A stretch of 64,000 bases of DNA, from contig NW_027191405.1 of NCBI RefSeq assembly GCF_041146345.1, positions 186,001 through 250,000 on the forward strand, read 5' to 3'. Below, piece by piece: positions 26,130 to 38,956 of the stretch. Position numbers and translations under genes: made by a program. Under the pieces are notes generated by a model that worked only from the letters and a program-made list of their open reading frames with translations, ran no database searches and was not told where the DNA came from. This DNA comes from Neodothiora populina. Its lineage: Eukaryota. Position 1 is the first letter of the stretch, and the number at the start of each line of letters is the position of its first letter.

Positions 26130-26704
26130 TCTGATGATGGGGATGTGCTTGTTATGATTATGATGGCGAGACGATTGTCAATGAAAGACTTTACTAGCAT
26201 TTGAATGAAGATTACGTCGGAAGAAGAAGCTGTAAGATTATGATGGCCTCTCAGGGTTTTGTCGGGCATCTGATGCTGTATCGTATATAGTAGATGGCGA
26301 GAAAAGGACTCTGAACTAGTGACTTTACAGACAATAATTGGTTTGTCGACAGCTTGCAGAATTGATGAAGCGTCGGCATAGGGTGCTGATCAGCTACGAG
26401 CCTCGCCAATGCCACCTCTCAACGTTCAGACTGTGGCGAAGTTGAATCAAGGATGATATGAGTGAAACATATGCGTCTTTCATATTCAAATAGGGTGCTG
26501 TTGACCGAATATATTTAACTCAGAAAGTAGTCCTCGCTCGAAATCACATTCAGCAATAACGATCCACTAATGACAATCGCCACCAAAGTATGTCCGTTTC
26601 AATCATGATTCGTATCTCATACATGTGAAATCAACGATTCCTTTGCCAGACCCAAACGAAATGGTCTACCGTCCCCTACTTCCCCCTATAAGTGCTTTAA
26701 GCAC

Positions 26705-29700
26705 TTACACGTCCAATTGGAGGTCTGAAACCCAATGAGATCCCCCAGCACATCTATACCCACCACTCTGTTTGATCCTGCGAAACCCAGCACAACAAAC
26801 CCCCATCTCCCTCAATTTCTTCTGTGCGACAGCTTCTTTCCTGCGCTGTTCCTCGGCGGCTTTCATAGCCTGCTCTATTTGCGCTTCCGCCAGCTGTCGG
26901 TCTCGATTGGCTTGCGCTTTCGCCAGGCGAGCGGCCTCGAGTAGGCGTTTTATCTCGTTCGCTTGGTCTTCGGAGTGGGAAAGTTGGGATTGTTGTTCCA
27001 AGGTATTGAGATGCGCTTCTTGAGCGAGCTCATGGAATGCTACTCGTTCGGCTACGAATTCGTGTGTCTCGATGTGTCTCGCTCTTTGCGCCTCTTGATA
27101 TGCCTGGCTGGCTCTGTCGGCTTCGAGTTGAGCCCAGGTCTCGTTTGAGACGACTGCGTCTCTTGGAGTATAGAAGACACTTTCTGATATGATATCCAAT
27201 TCCTGTACTAACTCAGGAGAACTGGGCGAATCAGGCTTCACCGAGGAAATGTCCGGAGTCGCGGATGATGATTGATGGGCAGGTGGATCGGGGTGTTTGG
27301 GTCCTCGATTTTGTATCGGTAGATCGAAAGAAGGCAAGGCACTACGACCTGCGTTTTCCCTTCCGCGGCGCTCGAAGAGCATCTGCTTCAGAGCACTCTC
27401 GATATCTCCCACAGAGATGGTAAGTGCATCAGTAGTCTCGCTTGCTGACAGTAATGCACTTCGGGTAAGTGTCTTGACAAGGTCATTCACGTCTCTGCCG
27501 TTGGCCCACGAGTGCAATTCCGACAATTGACCAAACAAAGAGTGGACATTTGGAGTAGCACGAAGGTCGCTTCCATCGATTGTGATGTTTGACTTTGACA
27601 CTCCATGTCTGAGTAAGTTGATACATTGCTCCGTCGTAAGGTTGTTGAAGACCACCTCGGCTGGAAATCGACTGGATAGACCCCTATTCACGTTCATGGG
27701 TTTGTTCATATCATCATCGTAGCCAGCAAGGAAAACGACAAGATTATACTGGAACTCTGGCTTCGTCGAACTATCGACGAGCTCGTTGATGGCTTCTGTG
27801 GCGAAATGACCTTCTCCGAGGCGGTAGGCTTCGTCGATGAACAAGACTTTGCCCAAAGCTTTTCGGAGTAAGCCTTGAGTTTTAAGGCCCGGTCTGTCCG
27901 ATGTATTGTCCGATCAGATCGGTGGCCGAGCACCAAACGACTTCAGCTTTGGCCAAGTATCCCATGTCGTAGTATATCTGGCCCATATCTTCTGCTGTCG
28001 TGGTCTGTCCTGTACCTGCCATGATAGTCAGCACATGTGGACGAACTTCTGCCAGCGCATTCATACTTACCGGGAGGGCCCTTGAATACGAAGTTGAAAG
28101 GGATGTAGTCTTGAACTCTGAGACCGCGCTTCCGCATACTTTCTGCAGTCTTTTGGTAGTTTTCGAATTGCGTAATGATGGTTTCGTAGCCTTGAACGTC
28201 TTGAAATAGCAATTTGACAGTCGAAGCAGCGCTGGATCCACGCTCATGATCTGGATCAAAGTCGAAAGATTCGAACATAACCTCCCAATCGCGGTCTTCT
28301 CTAGGCTTACGAGACTCTCGAATCTGTTGTCGATTCTTAGCCGCGCTGATGAGATTCTCCACAGCTCCACCGTTGCGAAAGTTGGGCAGGCGCCTAGATC
28401 GGGCTAGTACTTCTATGGCAACATCTTTGGCAGCCTCGGTAGCATCGAGCCCTTGCTGTGCGAGCTTCAGGTCGAGTATCTGTCTTAATTGGACATCGTC
28501 AAAATCTTCGAAGAAGAACGCGTCCTCGATTGGAAAGCGACGTGCTAGACCCGGATTGGCATTCTGGAACATCTCCTTCATTTGGTCTTCGTATCCCAGT
28601 AGCAAGACGCACCGATCATCGCCTGGGGTGTTCTGGATCTCGGCAACCAAAGTATCGATCACGGCAATCTTGAAAGAATCCGCGTTGCTTCCCATGTCCC
28701 CAGTACTTTTACCGGCCAGCATGTATGCTTCATCAATGATGAGCACTTTGCCTTTCGAAGCAGCAAGGATAGCTTTTGTCCTTTCCTCCGACTGTCCCAA
28801 GTAAGCTCCTACAAAGTCTGCAGGGTTCTTCACCATCACTTCTCCATTAGAAAGCAAACCAAGATCAACCAGAACTTGGCCATGGAGTTTACCCACGGAA
28901 GTTTTGCCCGTACCTGGTGAGCCAAGGAACACTTTGTTGAAGCTGATCTCTACAGGCTTCTTCTCATGCAATTCCCTAAGATAGTTCTTCGCGATCCGGT
29001 CAATCATGCTCTCAATGGAATTTTTGACGGACTTCAGGCCGATCAAAGACCGTAACTCCTTCCATGCTTCGCTGTTTAAGGCAGCCTCGGATGATCGGGT
29101 CCTATAAGGTCCTCTTTCGTCAGTAGGAAGTCATCACTTGCCAGACCGTTCTTTCTTTCTCATTGAATGCGATCTGCTTGTCGCTCCCAGATCTTGGAAG
29201 ATCTATTCTCGAGGTCTCTGGCATTGCCAAAGCCATCTGTGCCCCTAGCACGGCCGAGTTGACAAACGAAGATTCGAGAGTACAAGCCGTCTAATCCATC
29301 CTCGACCTTCATTCTCCCGGAGTATTTTTCGCGAAGCATTGCAACAAACATCTTGAGTAGCTCAGGGTCTGTATAGTCGGCGAACTGTAGTTTATATGGT
29401 AGGCGACTGGTGAGGCCGGGATTATGCTCAAAGAAAGTCTCCATTTGCTTGTTGTATCCAGCAAGAATGAAGACGAGCTTGCCGGTTTGGTTTTCAATCT
29501 CAGCCAATAGATAGTCCAAGACAGCCTTACCACCAAAGTTGTGTCCTGCAGTGAGCTGATAAGCCTCGTCGACAAAGATAGCTCCTCCCCCTGACTCTAG
29601 AATGCGTTCGATCTCTTTACGAGCGACTGTGATCCCATCATTCGCAAGCTTGGAGCCAGAAGTCTCCAGAAAGCTTGTGCCGGGAAGAATATCGACCGAG

Positions 29701-32700
29701 GTCAAGAAATTTGCATAGAGACGCGCTACTGTAGTTTTGCCTGAGTTGTGATTAGCATACAAGATGTTCCACAAGGTTGAGACGATCATACCTGTTCCCG
29801 GATTGCCAAGCAGGACAACACCAAAGCGTTCCTTGCTGATATCGGTTCCTTGAAGTTTGCTTGTGTCTATTTTGGCTTTGATTTTCAAAACTTGGGCCTT
29901 GACGTCTTCCAAGCCGATAATTTTCATTAAGTCATCGATGGATTCATTGCTGATATTCTCCACTGTCTTTTGGCGTTCCCATTCCTGCTCAGATGGGGAA
30001 GCCTTATGCTTCTTTGTCGACGAGCTGGTCGCAAAAGACCTCGAGGTCCTCGAACCAAACTGCGCTTTATGATGATTGACAGGCAGAGTTGGTTTCGATG
30101 TCGACATCATGGAAGAGCCTTGTTGGCCCTTCTTCTCAGAGTCCGTTGCTTCGGTATTTGCGACAGTCTGATTTATGGCATTCGCTAGATCCCTTTTCTT
30201 TTGTTCCAAGGCGATTTGGAGTTTTACAGCTAGAGATTGATCACTTAAGGTCTGTCTGGCTAGCGCGATTTGTTTGTCGATCTTCGCCATCTCAGCAGCA
30301 TGTTCGTTCAGCAATCTTCCTTTCCTCTCTTGTCTCTCCAATTCTTCCTGCAACTTCCTTCGTGCAATCTCTGCTTCCCGGCTGCATCGAGAACAAACAG
30401 ATGGCTTTCGCCTCCAACACACGAAGAGTAAAGTATGACCCTTGTCGCACTTGGTAGAAATCTCGTACTGGCACTTGATCTTGGAATGATCGCTGAGTTG
30501 GTGGCATTTCGATGCGCATGGATGCAAGCCACAATTTAGGATGGCTCCACTGTTCGATTTGTTAGACTGAAAAAGAATAGCGAAGGTAACGCATTTGGAG
30601 GACCACTTACCACGGGTCAGCACATCCTCCATCCGGGCATTCTGCGTCGAACTCTTCCGGGGAACGAATGACCATTGTGCGGTGTGGGTGGCGTTCGCAT
30701 CGTACAGGCATACCGTCGTACATATGATTGCCTGACTTGAGCAACTGAAACAAGGATGACCACAAGTCGTGTCCTCTTCGAGACTCGCGTAGGGTTTCAG
30801 CATTACCAATGATGATCATGCCATTCCTGGCTCTGGAAAGGAGTACGTTGAGACGTTCTGGAGTTGACAAGAACCCAATATCACCGTCAGCATTGCTGCG
30901 TGTCAAGCTCAAAACTACAATATCGCATTCCTGGCCTTGATAATTATCTATTCCGATCGTGTTAGCTGACCATAAAGAAGAGCAGGGAGATGATACATCG
31001 ATAACATACCGATTGTAGACATTGCTATTCTCTTTTTGTTCAGGTTTGCATCTTCAGCTTGCATCAGACCAGCCTGGACTAAGTCGTAGGAGTCCAGATC
31101 ATTGAGCACCGGATCATTATCCTTGCCTAGCTGCCGCATGAGCAGGTCCAATTGGCCAAGGTAAGGTATCAGTACAACGATCTCCCCAGTGCCGTAACCC
31201 TGTTGGCCTAGATAGCGAACACACTTCAAGGCCATCTTAGCTTCGAAAGTGTTTCGCTTGGATGACTTCGACGACATTGCTTTCCAATTCGGTTCTTCCT
31301 TTGTGTGGTCCTCTGTATGTCCATGGTTGATGAAAACTATGTTATCTGTCAAGCCACGGATGTCGGATCGATTGCGCGTTGACTGAGCATCGGTGGGATC
31401 TGGATAAGTCAAGGGTTGGACAAGTAAAGAGATTTCAGGTCTCATCTGGTGCTGCTAGCAGAGGACATGATGAGGGTAGCCTTCCAAGACAAGTCTCTCG
31501 AAAAGGGAGCGATCCAGATCATAACCACTTCCTTCTTCTACGCTCAACGGCCAGCTGACCTTCGGTCGCAACTGCTTGTGGTCACCTATTAGTACAAGTT
31601 GTCTCGTCTCGGAGCTCATTGCTGTTGTTATGTGGCTTTCGAGAATTTCCCCGGCTTCTTCCACCAAGAGTACACCAGGAGCGGCTTCTTGCAGAGCACT
31701 CGCATACTTCGCTGCCGCTGTTGTGGTACAAGCTATGAACCGCTTGCTCTTCAAAGTTTCGGTATCCCTGCGTCCGAATTGGATGGCTTTGTCTTCGAGA
31801 TGACCGTCGTGTCGTTACGCAGCAGTGCAAAAGGTTGATACATGGTCTTTGAGGATACCAGACAACCAGCGTTCAACCAGGGCTTTCCGCATGGATGATT
31901 CAGTGTTCCAAATGACAGGAAACTGTAAAACCACCTCGGGATAAATTCCAGCATCCTGTCCATGGCACCATCGGTCGATCAAATACAATTTGTTGGCGGC
32001 TTTGTTATTGCGGGCGACGCGACGCATATTACCAAGCTCTTCCGGTATAGTGAAAGCCTCGAAATATGGCTCGGATTCGTCAGAGAATTCGAGGAAGTCC
32101 AACAGTGATGACTGAACATTCTTCGGCTTTGTGATCTCGCTCATGACTTCATGCATCTGTTTGGCCTCTACACCCGCAAGGTCTGTTGCTTTGTTAATCA
32201 TGGACCAGGAATCAGAACCGAGTCTATAGGTGCTACTCCTGGCTTGCTCCGAAAGAAGGAGGTGCTTCATGTTAGCACTAGTTTTAGTGGCAGTACCGAG
32301 CCGGACGATGTCCCTCTCGGGTATACCTGCTTTTATCACATCTTGAACAAATTGGTCAAGTGCATGATTGGTGTAAGTCACAACAAGTATGCGCTCACTG
32401 GTCGCATGGTGGAGAGCCTTTGCTACGAGTGCGCCTATGAAAGACTTGCCAGTACCCGGAGGCCCTTGAATTAAGCTTACTCTTTGCGTTAAACTTGCTA
32501 GGGGGCATTCCATCTGGGACTTGTCGAGGCTGACCTGACCAGGTAGACCCAGTACACCCTGAAGGTCAGTGTTCGCATCATCAGTGACCCGTTGCACAAT
32601 CGATTGAATTTGTGGACATGACATGGAAGAGGGATGCGGAAGAACCATATCCGGCTTCCAGAACAGAATCTCGTCAGCCAATGGAACATTGCTCAAGTCC

Positions 32701-34004
32701 TGTAGGCGTTTCAGAATTGGTTCGTAAGAGAACATCGCTGTATCAAGCTGCACTAAGATTATGCTTGAGTTCGTTTGTATGCCCGCAAGAAGAGACCTAA
32801 GACTCCTACGGTCCAAGATCCTCACTCCTATGGTGGGAGGACTTTCAGACAGCAGTTTATCGTTCCTGTATAGCGTACCAAAGCCAATGAGCTGCCCATC
32901 GATGTTGAAACAACATAGAGAGTTATGTTTCAGGAATCTCGGATTATCTTTGAAAAAATGTTTGCGCTCCTTGGCTTCCAGATTGCGAAGTTGCGGCAGG
33001 TCGAATGGACTTTCTAGCAGGACTATCCATGGGTGGGTCCTTCCATCGGTCTGACATGATATTCCTGCAAGCTTGAGGTGTGGAATGATTGTCAATTTCC
33101 TCTTACTCTTCTTCTGTCCCATAGCAATCTGGGTGTCCTCTCGAAATTCGACCAACATGTCTTCTCGACAGAGACGGAATAGACTCTCCGTATACAGCCT
33201 ACGCCTCTGCTTATCGTCTGTACATTGGTGCACTTCGGTAGCGCGTAAGATGAACGCCTTGGATGTAGTAGTTAGTACTTCATCCGCTGTCGGTATAATG
33301 CTCACCTCTCTGAAGTTGGCGAAATCGTTCTCGTGACGCCCACCAGGTTGTTCACCAGATTGTCCGAGGCCAAGAATAGATTCTGGATCTGAGATGGTCT
33401 GAACTATGTGTCTGATCTTATTGCCATATCGTCGTGTCGCGCTATCTGCAGACTCTAAGAGTGATTGTTGAATAAGGGTATCATTAGCTGTAGCAAGATG
33501 GGCCGGCTCTAGTTCGAATGGCCAAGCGATGAGACTACTCAGAAGCCAACCGAAACACCTCGATGAGTCTTTATCCAACAGACATTGTATTTGAGCTTCG
33601 ATGAAAGTTTTCCAAAATATGGGGGGCTCAACAATGCAATCGAGGATCTGCCGTAGGAATTTACCACCGCATACGCTCTCAAGATCTGAATTCTGGAGGT
33701 ATCGCAGCAGAGGTACAGCACAGGTGCTGATGAAGTCCATGGTAGTCTCGACACGAAGAGCTGCCTGGATAGCCGAGGTCCCCGCTGCGCTACCAAGGAT
33801 TTTTTCGACACAACTGACAGGATCGGATTTATCAACGATAGCCTCAATGAATAGTCTTGACATGCGAGGATGAGCGACACTGATGTCTCCGTGTAGGGCC
33901 TTCATGAACGCGCCATGCAGCTTCTTACTGCGATCGGAAATGGGATGTTGTCGAGATTCCTTACGCCTATAGTCGCCATCACGAGCTTGCTGTTTTCTGA
34001 CCAT
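26705..34004 (-). pseudogene. Disrupted ZNFX1/NFX1-like SF1 helicase fused to three CbxX/SpoVK-type AAA+ modules
   Basis: Motifs PGGRHENDF, IQGPPGTGKS, YTNHALDQF, VEEAGE, IGDHKQLRP, SLFERL, DNYQGQE, RLNVLLSRAR, a Cys/His finger, then GNPGTGKT, GSPGTGKT and GPPGTGQT. Introns 31009-30948, 30610-30550, 29791-29741 and 28070-28016. In-frame stops at 31817-31815, 31457-31455 and 29162-29160; frameshifts near 29093 and 27884. Confidence 0.88.
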
Positions 34005-36918
34005 GCTGAAAGATTGTTACCACAACGAAGGTCCTACAGACAGTGCATGTAGGAAGAAGAGCAAAGGTGGAAGAAACTGCGATGATGTTCGTAGAGATAC
34101 TCAAAAGTATGCTTAGGACTGAGAGAGTTTTGCCAGAGAACAATGAGAGTCAAGCAGAGACAGATCACAAGGCTGCATGAGATCTAACACTGCTGGCATG
34201 ATTGGACGAGGACTGAAGCTGTTTCATACGTATGTGTTGGATGCTCAAGCCTTGCATAAGGTACCCCGGGCAGTTCATGTTTCCCTGCTAGGCAGCGCCA
34301 ATCCAGTCTGGCTACTTTATCAATGGTATACATATTGCATGCCTGAAGCTGGGTCTCGACGTATGGTTTTCTGTGCGTTTCCGTTAGCTGGCTTATGAGA
34401 ATTCAAGAAGCAAGTGTGAGACCAGGATTGCGAGTCCCAGATATTGTAGACGTCTCATTTCCCCTCACCCTGACTCCGAACTTCTATTGGCCGATAATGA
34501 GTTGAACCTTTCTCTGCATCAACAAGTCTTGAGATCGACAGCAGAGCAAGGTGTTTGAATAGAGAAGATTGTCAGGAGGCTGATTAGTTGTCCTGTTACT
34601 GGTTTCATTGAGTCAAAGTTGATATGATTACTGGCCATTATTCACATCATGACCACAACTAATGAGCGAGTTTTAAACATCCTTATGGTACGAGAAGAAC
34701 CAAGGACTTACTGTAGAGACGCTTAAAAGGTGCTCCTTAGTAGAGTCCTAAGTGGCTAAGGTAGCTATGTTGTTTGCGTGCGGAGACAGACACTCATCCG
34801 CAGCTCGAACACGGGGTCCACAATATAAAAGACACGAAGATTCACGACTTTCGCGCCTGACGAACGACATTTCGTAAACGAAAGTCCACGGATCTTCCAA
34901 ATATATTGATAAACTGTTAGTAAGGCCAATAAGGTCTCGGGGGTGATGAGAGGTCCACAGCTCCGCTATTTGGTTGCGATTGCCTCGAGTACCTGAGTTA
35001 CTCGTTCTGGGCAGGGCCGGGCCGGACGTGAGAAAGATCCACAGGAGTGGCTGATTTTCCACACTCGAACATCAGGCACTCGCTTCCATATTATGGTGGC
35101 ATGCCAGAACAATAATTCGTTGACATACCATCGTCTGTAGATTCGATGAGATTCGTAACTTCTGGGAGACAAGTATCTGCCTCTATCAAACTGCGATATC
35201 ACAAAAAGGAGGCATGAGAGCCTCTCCTTTGGTGGGGTCAGACATCAAGTGACGTGAGCCAAGATATATGGGCAGCTTAGGTACTGGACCAACTATAGTA
35301 ACAGCAAGGTAGTAGTTCGAGCCTTAGTCGGTGACGAGAAAACATCATCTGATTGTCAAGTTGTCCTTCGAGGGATTTACAATAATTGTATCTTGCTTGT
35401 ATGCACGAAAGTGCGGATTCAAGACGAGGTACGATACAAGAATGTACCTTGGGTACAGTACCTTGCCGGAAGCATCGCAAGTGAGATACGAATAAGGTAT
35501 CCACCTCAATCTACTAAGGTTTGCAAAGTACCATTCGCTCTTTATGCAAGGTACAAGTGCGGTGCAATACATCAATCTCCATCATGCTCTTCGAAGCTGC
35601 GAGGGTGGGATTCACGTCTAGATAAGGTAGCCATAGATGCACTCGTCGACTCGAAGACCCGACAATCTGCTAGGCTCTGCCGCCATAGAGAGATGTCCCT
35701 CACTAATATGCAGGGGTAGTGTTCGTGGTTCACGTGCGTCTAGCTCATGTGCCTCTTATATATGTACAAAGATACTGTACAGCACATTTCGCACGAGGGC
35801 AATGACTGATTGTGGATGCAGAATGGAACGAATGGCTGTGGCACGGCTGCCTGCCTCACAAGTGCGCGTCATCTAGGAAAAGTGAAGTCAAGTTTTTCTG
35901 CGAAAGGGGGTGGTTCACCCGCCATTCTGAAGCTCTCGAAGCTTTGATTTTGCATCGCAAGGCTGGTAGTCTCGACCTTACCTCGAACGCATGGAAATTC
36001 CGCACTCGAAGCATCAAGCCACATGGGCGAGCGACACTGCCTGCGAAGATGAACCCCATGTTCAAGATAATGAGGACACAGACGTTCAGCATAGGACAAC
36101 AACTGAGGTATACATAGAGTAGACGGCCGCCCCAGATGTCGTGGGTATTGGCGTGAGACAAGCGCTCGTCATGGTCGTGGGCGTAACAGTGAACGGCGTA
36201 CAGTGCTCGTTTCTTCCCGTCGCAGCTTTCCTGCATGCGGCATGGTTGGATTCGAGACGATTATATGATTGGACATAAGTCGTCTCGGCCGTTGTTGTGG
36301 CTGGTGGCTAGGGGAGATTGAGTCAGGAAGCTTCCGTGAGACTCTCCACCTTCCAACATCAGCGGCCGGTATATGGATGATGGAAACTGCTTTGATCAAC
36401 GCTGTCGTTGTCATGCCACTCTACTCTAATTCTTCGGCTTTTGCATCTCGCCCATCTTTGATCGTCTTGCATGGGTTATTATTCTAGAAATCCCTCGTCC
36501 ATCATCCCAGTGCCTGAAAGTAGCATCGCAACTAATTAACAGCATCCCTACCCGACACCAGATCCTTGTGCCTAATCATTCGCTAAGCCGCACCAGGACA
36601 CGGGACACGGGCGTTGGTCGATACAGGGTTTGATTAGCGCAGCGCGTCTGGGTTCATCCAGCCTGTTTGGTGTTCATCTCGCAGGTACAGGTCAGGGCGT
36701 TGCCAGCATCTCCTCACACCTCAACTTGACGGGATCTGCTGGTCATTTCTCGACTTTTTTTGTTTCCCATCGCGACAAAAGGGAGCCTTGCTGTCGCTGT
36801 CAGTCGCTATCAATCGATACACTCGCTTCCCAGCAGCCTCTGAGACACTTGTCCCTTCGACAGACAGCCTGCAAACACACAGCAGGCGGTTAGCGCTTGC
36901 CTCTCCCAAAAGATCGTC

Positions 36919-38246
36919 ATGTCCACCGCTTATGGCAACTTTCACGTACGACTCTCGTCTCCCACTGGATTGCGATGCCACTGCGCTCGGAAGCATATGC
37001 AAGAACTAGCTCCTGACATTGATTTCTAGGACTTCTGTCGAGACTCTGGAAGCGCACAAGCAACGATCCCTGTCTGCAATGTACGTTGATCGTCGCCAAC
37101 TCATTCACACCGAAACTTCGCTCCAATGGACTCGATAATGCCCTTTGAAACTAAGACTCCCGACTAACAATATGCAAAACAGCTCTTCTCTGAGTCACCG
37201 ACACACGGAGGCAACGGCTATGGAGGATGCGACCTGCGTGGAATATCGTTGAGTGGAGGGCGACATCTTGCCAATCTCGGTCAGTAGAATGGATGCGCCA
37301 TCTGGTGAAAGACATGTTGAACCCCAACTCATACATGAGCAGGCTCGATATTGTTGGATGGACTTGCGATACTCATCACATTGTTTCTGCTATGGCGCTC
37401 AAATAGGAAAAGAGCAGCTGTAGGACGAAGGTAAGACAAAAATCATGTATCTGCAGTGAACGAGCGATGCTGATGATGTTACTTTCAGGGAGATGCAGCT
37501 CTTCCTCATTGGCTACATTGTCATTTCAATCTGCGAGATTTTCACCATTGGAGGCTTTCCTCTGAATCATGCGACCCGCATAGTAAGTTGCAAGTCATGT
37601 ATCAACAAGCGCATCAAATCACTGACTGTGTCCAGGGATTCTCCGCTGTGCATATGGCCGCCGTCACCGCAACTACATGGATTCTCATGATAAACGGCGC
37701 TGTAGGCTACCAAGTCGTGGACGATGGCACCGTCCTGTCGCTAGGCCTCATCTTTGGATCTGCTGCAGCACTCTTTGTCGGCACGGGATACATCGCACTC
37801 GACACAGGCTTTAGCTGGACTGGATATTGGGACTCGACGTTGACAGCCCCGAACCGATCGTATTCGCTTTACACCCTGTACCTATTGGTACCTCTCGTCT
37901 TTCTCGTCATATATTTCATCCTCGAGACATATCTCGTCCTGCGAGTGCTTGGCGAAAAGAGACCAATGCGTGAGTGCAACCACTGTTGCCAATGCTACGA
38001 GAGGTCCCAAACGCTAACAAACCTACAGTGTACCTGATTGGTGCCGTGCTCTTGTTCGCCATAAGCCAGATCTTTCAGTACGTCATCAGTGTCCACCTCT
38101 GTAATGCGTCGAACGGAGCCATAAACGGCGGTCTTTTCGAGACGCTGTTCGTACTCCTCGCCGTCATCATGATCTGGGTCTTCTGGTCCAGCATCACCGA
38201 GGACGACTGGCCGTTGCCTGTGGGCCCTGGCACCTCGTACGAGTAA
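36919..38246 (+). CDS. Chs7-family chitin synthase export chaperone (CHS7-like)
   Basis: Seven exons: 36919-36945, 37030-37080, 37183-37279, 37343-37430, 37489-37582, 37636-37969 and 38029-38246. They give GNFHDFCRDS..PVCN, RKRAAVGRREMQLFL, GYQVVDDGT and FWSSITEDDW. Confidence 0.9.
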
Positions 38247-38956
38247 GCAGCGAGCTGCAATCAACACTCAATGCTATCACAGCAGCACATTTCGAGCACC
38301 CGGTGGTTCTGTCCACCAAGCTCACCTTGATGTTTTACGCGTTTCACTTCAATGTCTCCTTTCACTTTCGAAATACCCCATGCGCTGAGGGCGAACAGCC
38401 CTGGTGACGCCGCAAGCAGGATCGTCGATGACTGACGATTGCATTTGCGGGAGCGCATCTTCCGCAGCTTCATGTTTTTTTTTCCTTCTTAGCCATGGCG
38501 ATGGATGGTTCCCACGACACAATCTTGACTGACACCCATAGATAATCACGGTGCGCTTACAAAAGCACTTCTAATACTTATTTACTCGAACTCATTTCTC
38601 CTGTACATAAGGTAGCTCTTACTGTTGCCATGTTACTACTTTTGGCCATAATGCGAACACGTGATTTGGTGAATCTGGTGAATCTGGGGAAGACGGGATC
38701 AGACAATGACGTTCGCATCTGGATTCGTAGCAGACAGTGTCACGAAAATGGAAAGAAATCAAGTTCACAATAGGCCGACATAGTCTTGTTGAGTCTCGAC
38801 TTGTTGTGTGTGTCGAAGCGACATGGCAAACTTCTGTTCCGCATCTCTTCGTCTGTGACGCGTGCTTGCTCGATTTGATTTTCAGTAGTCGAATCCACAA
38901 CCACCTTCCCATTTTCCGGACACCTCAAATTCGGTCAACCGACCGGTCCCACCAGC

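Noticed and set aside
29160..31817. Premature stops as A-to-I editing or readthrough sites
   Set aside because: Two frameshifts and a Walker A substitution also occur, and all three stop types are present, so ordinary pseudogenisation is simpler.
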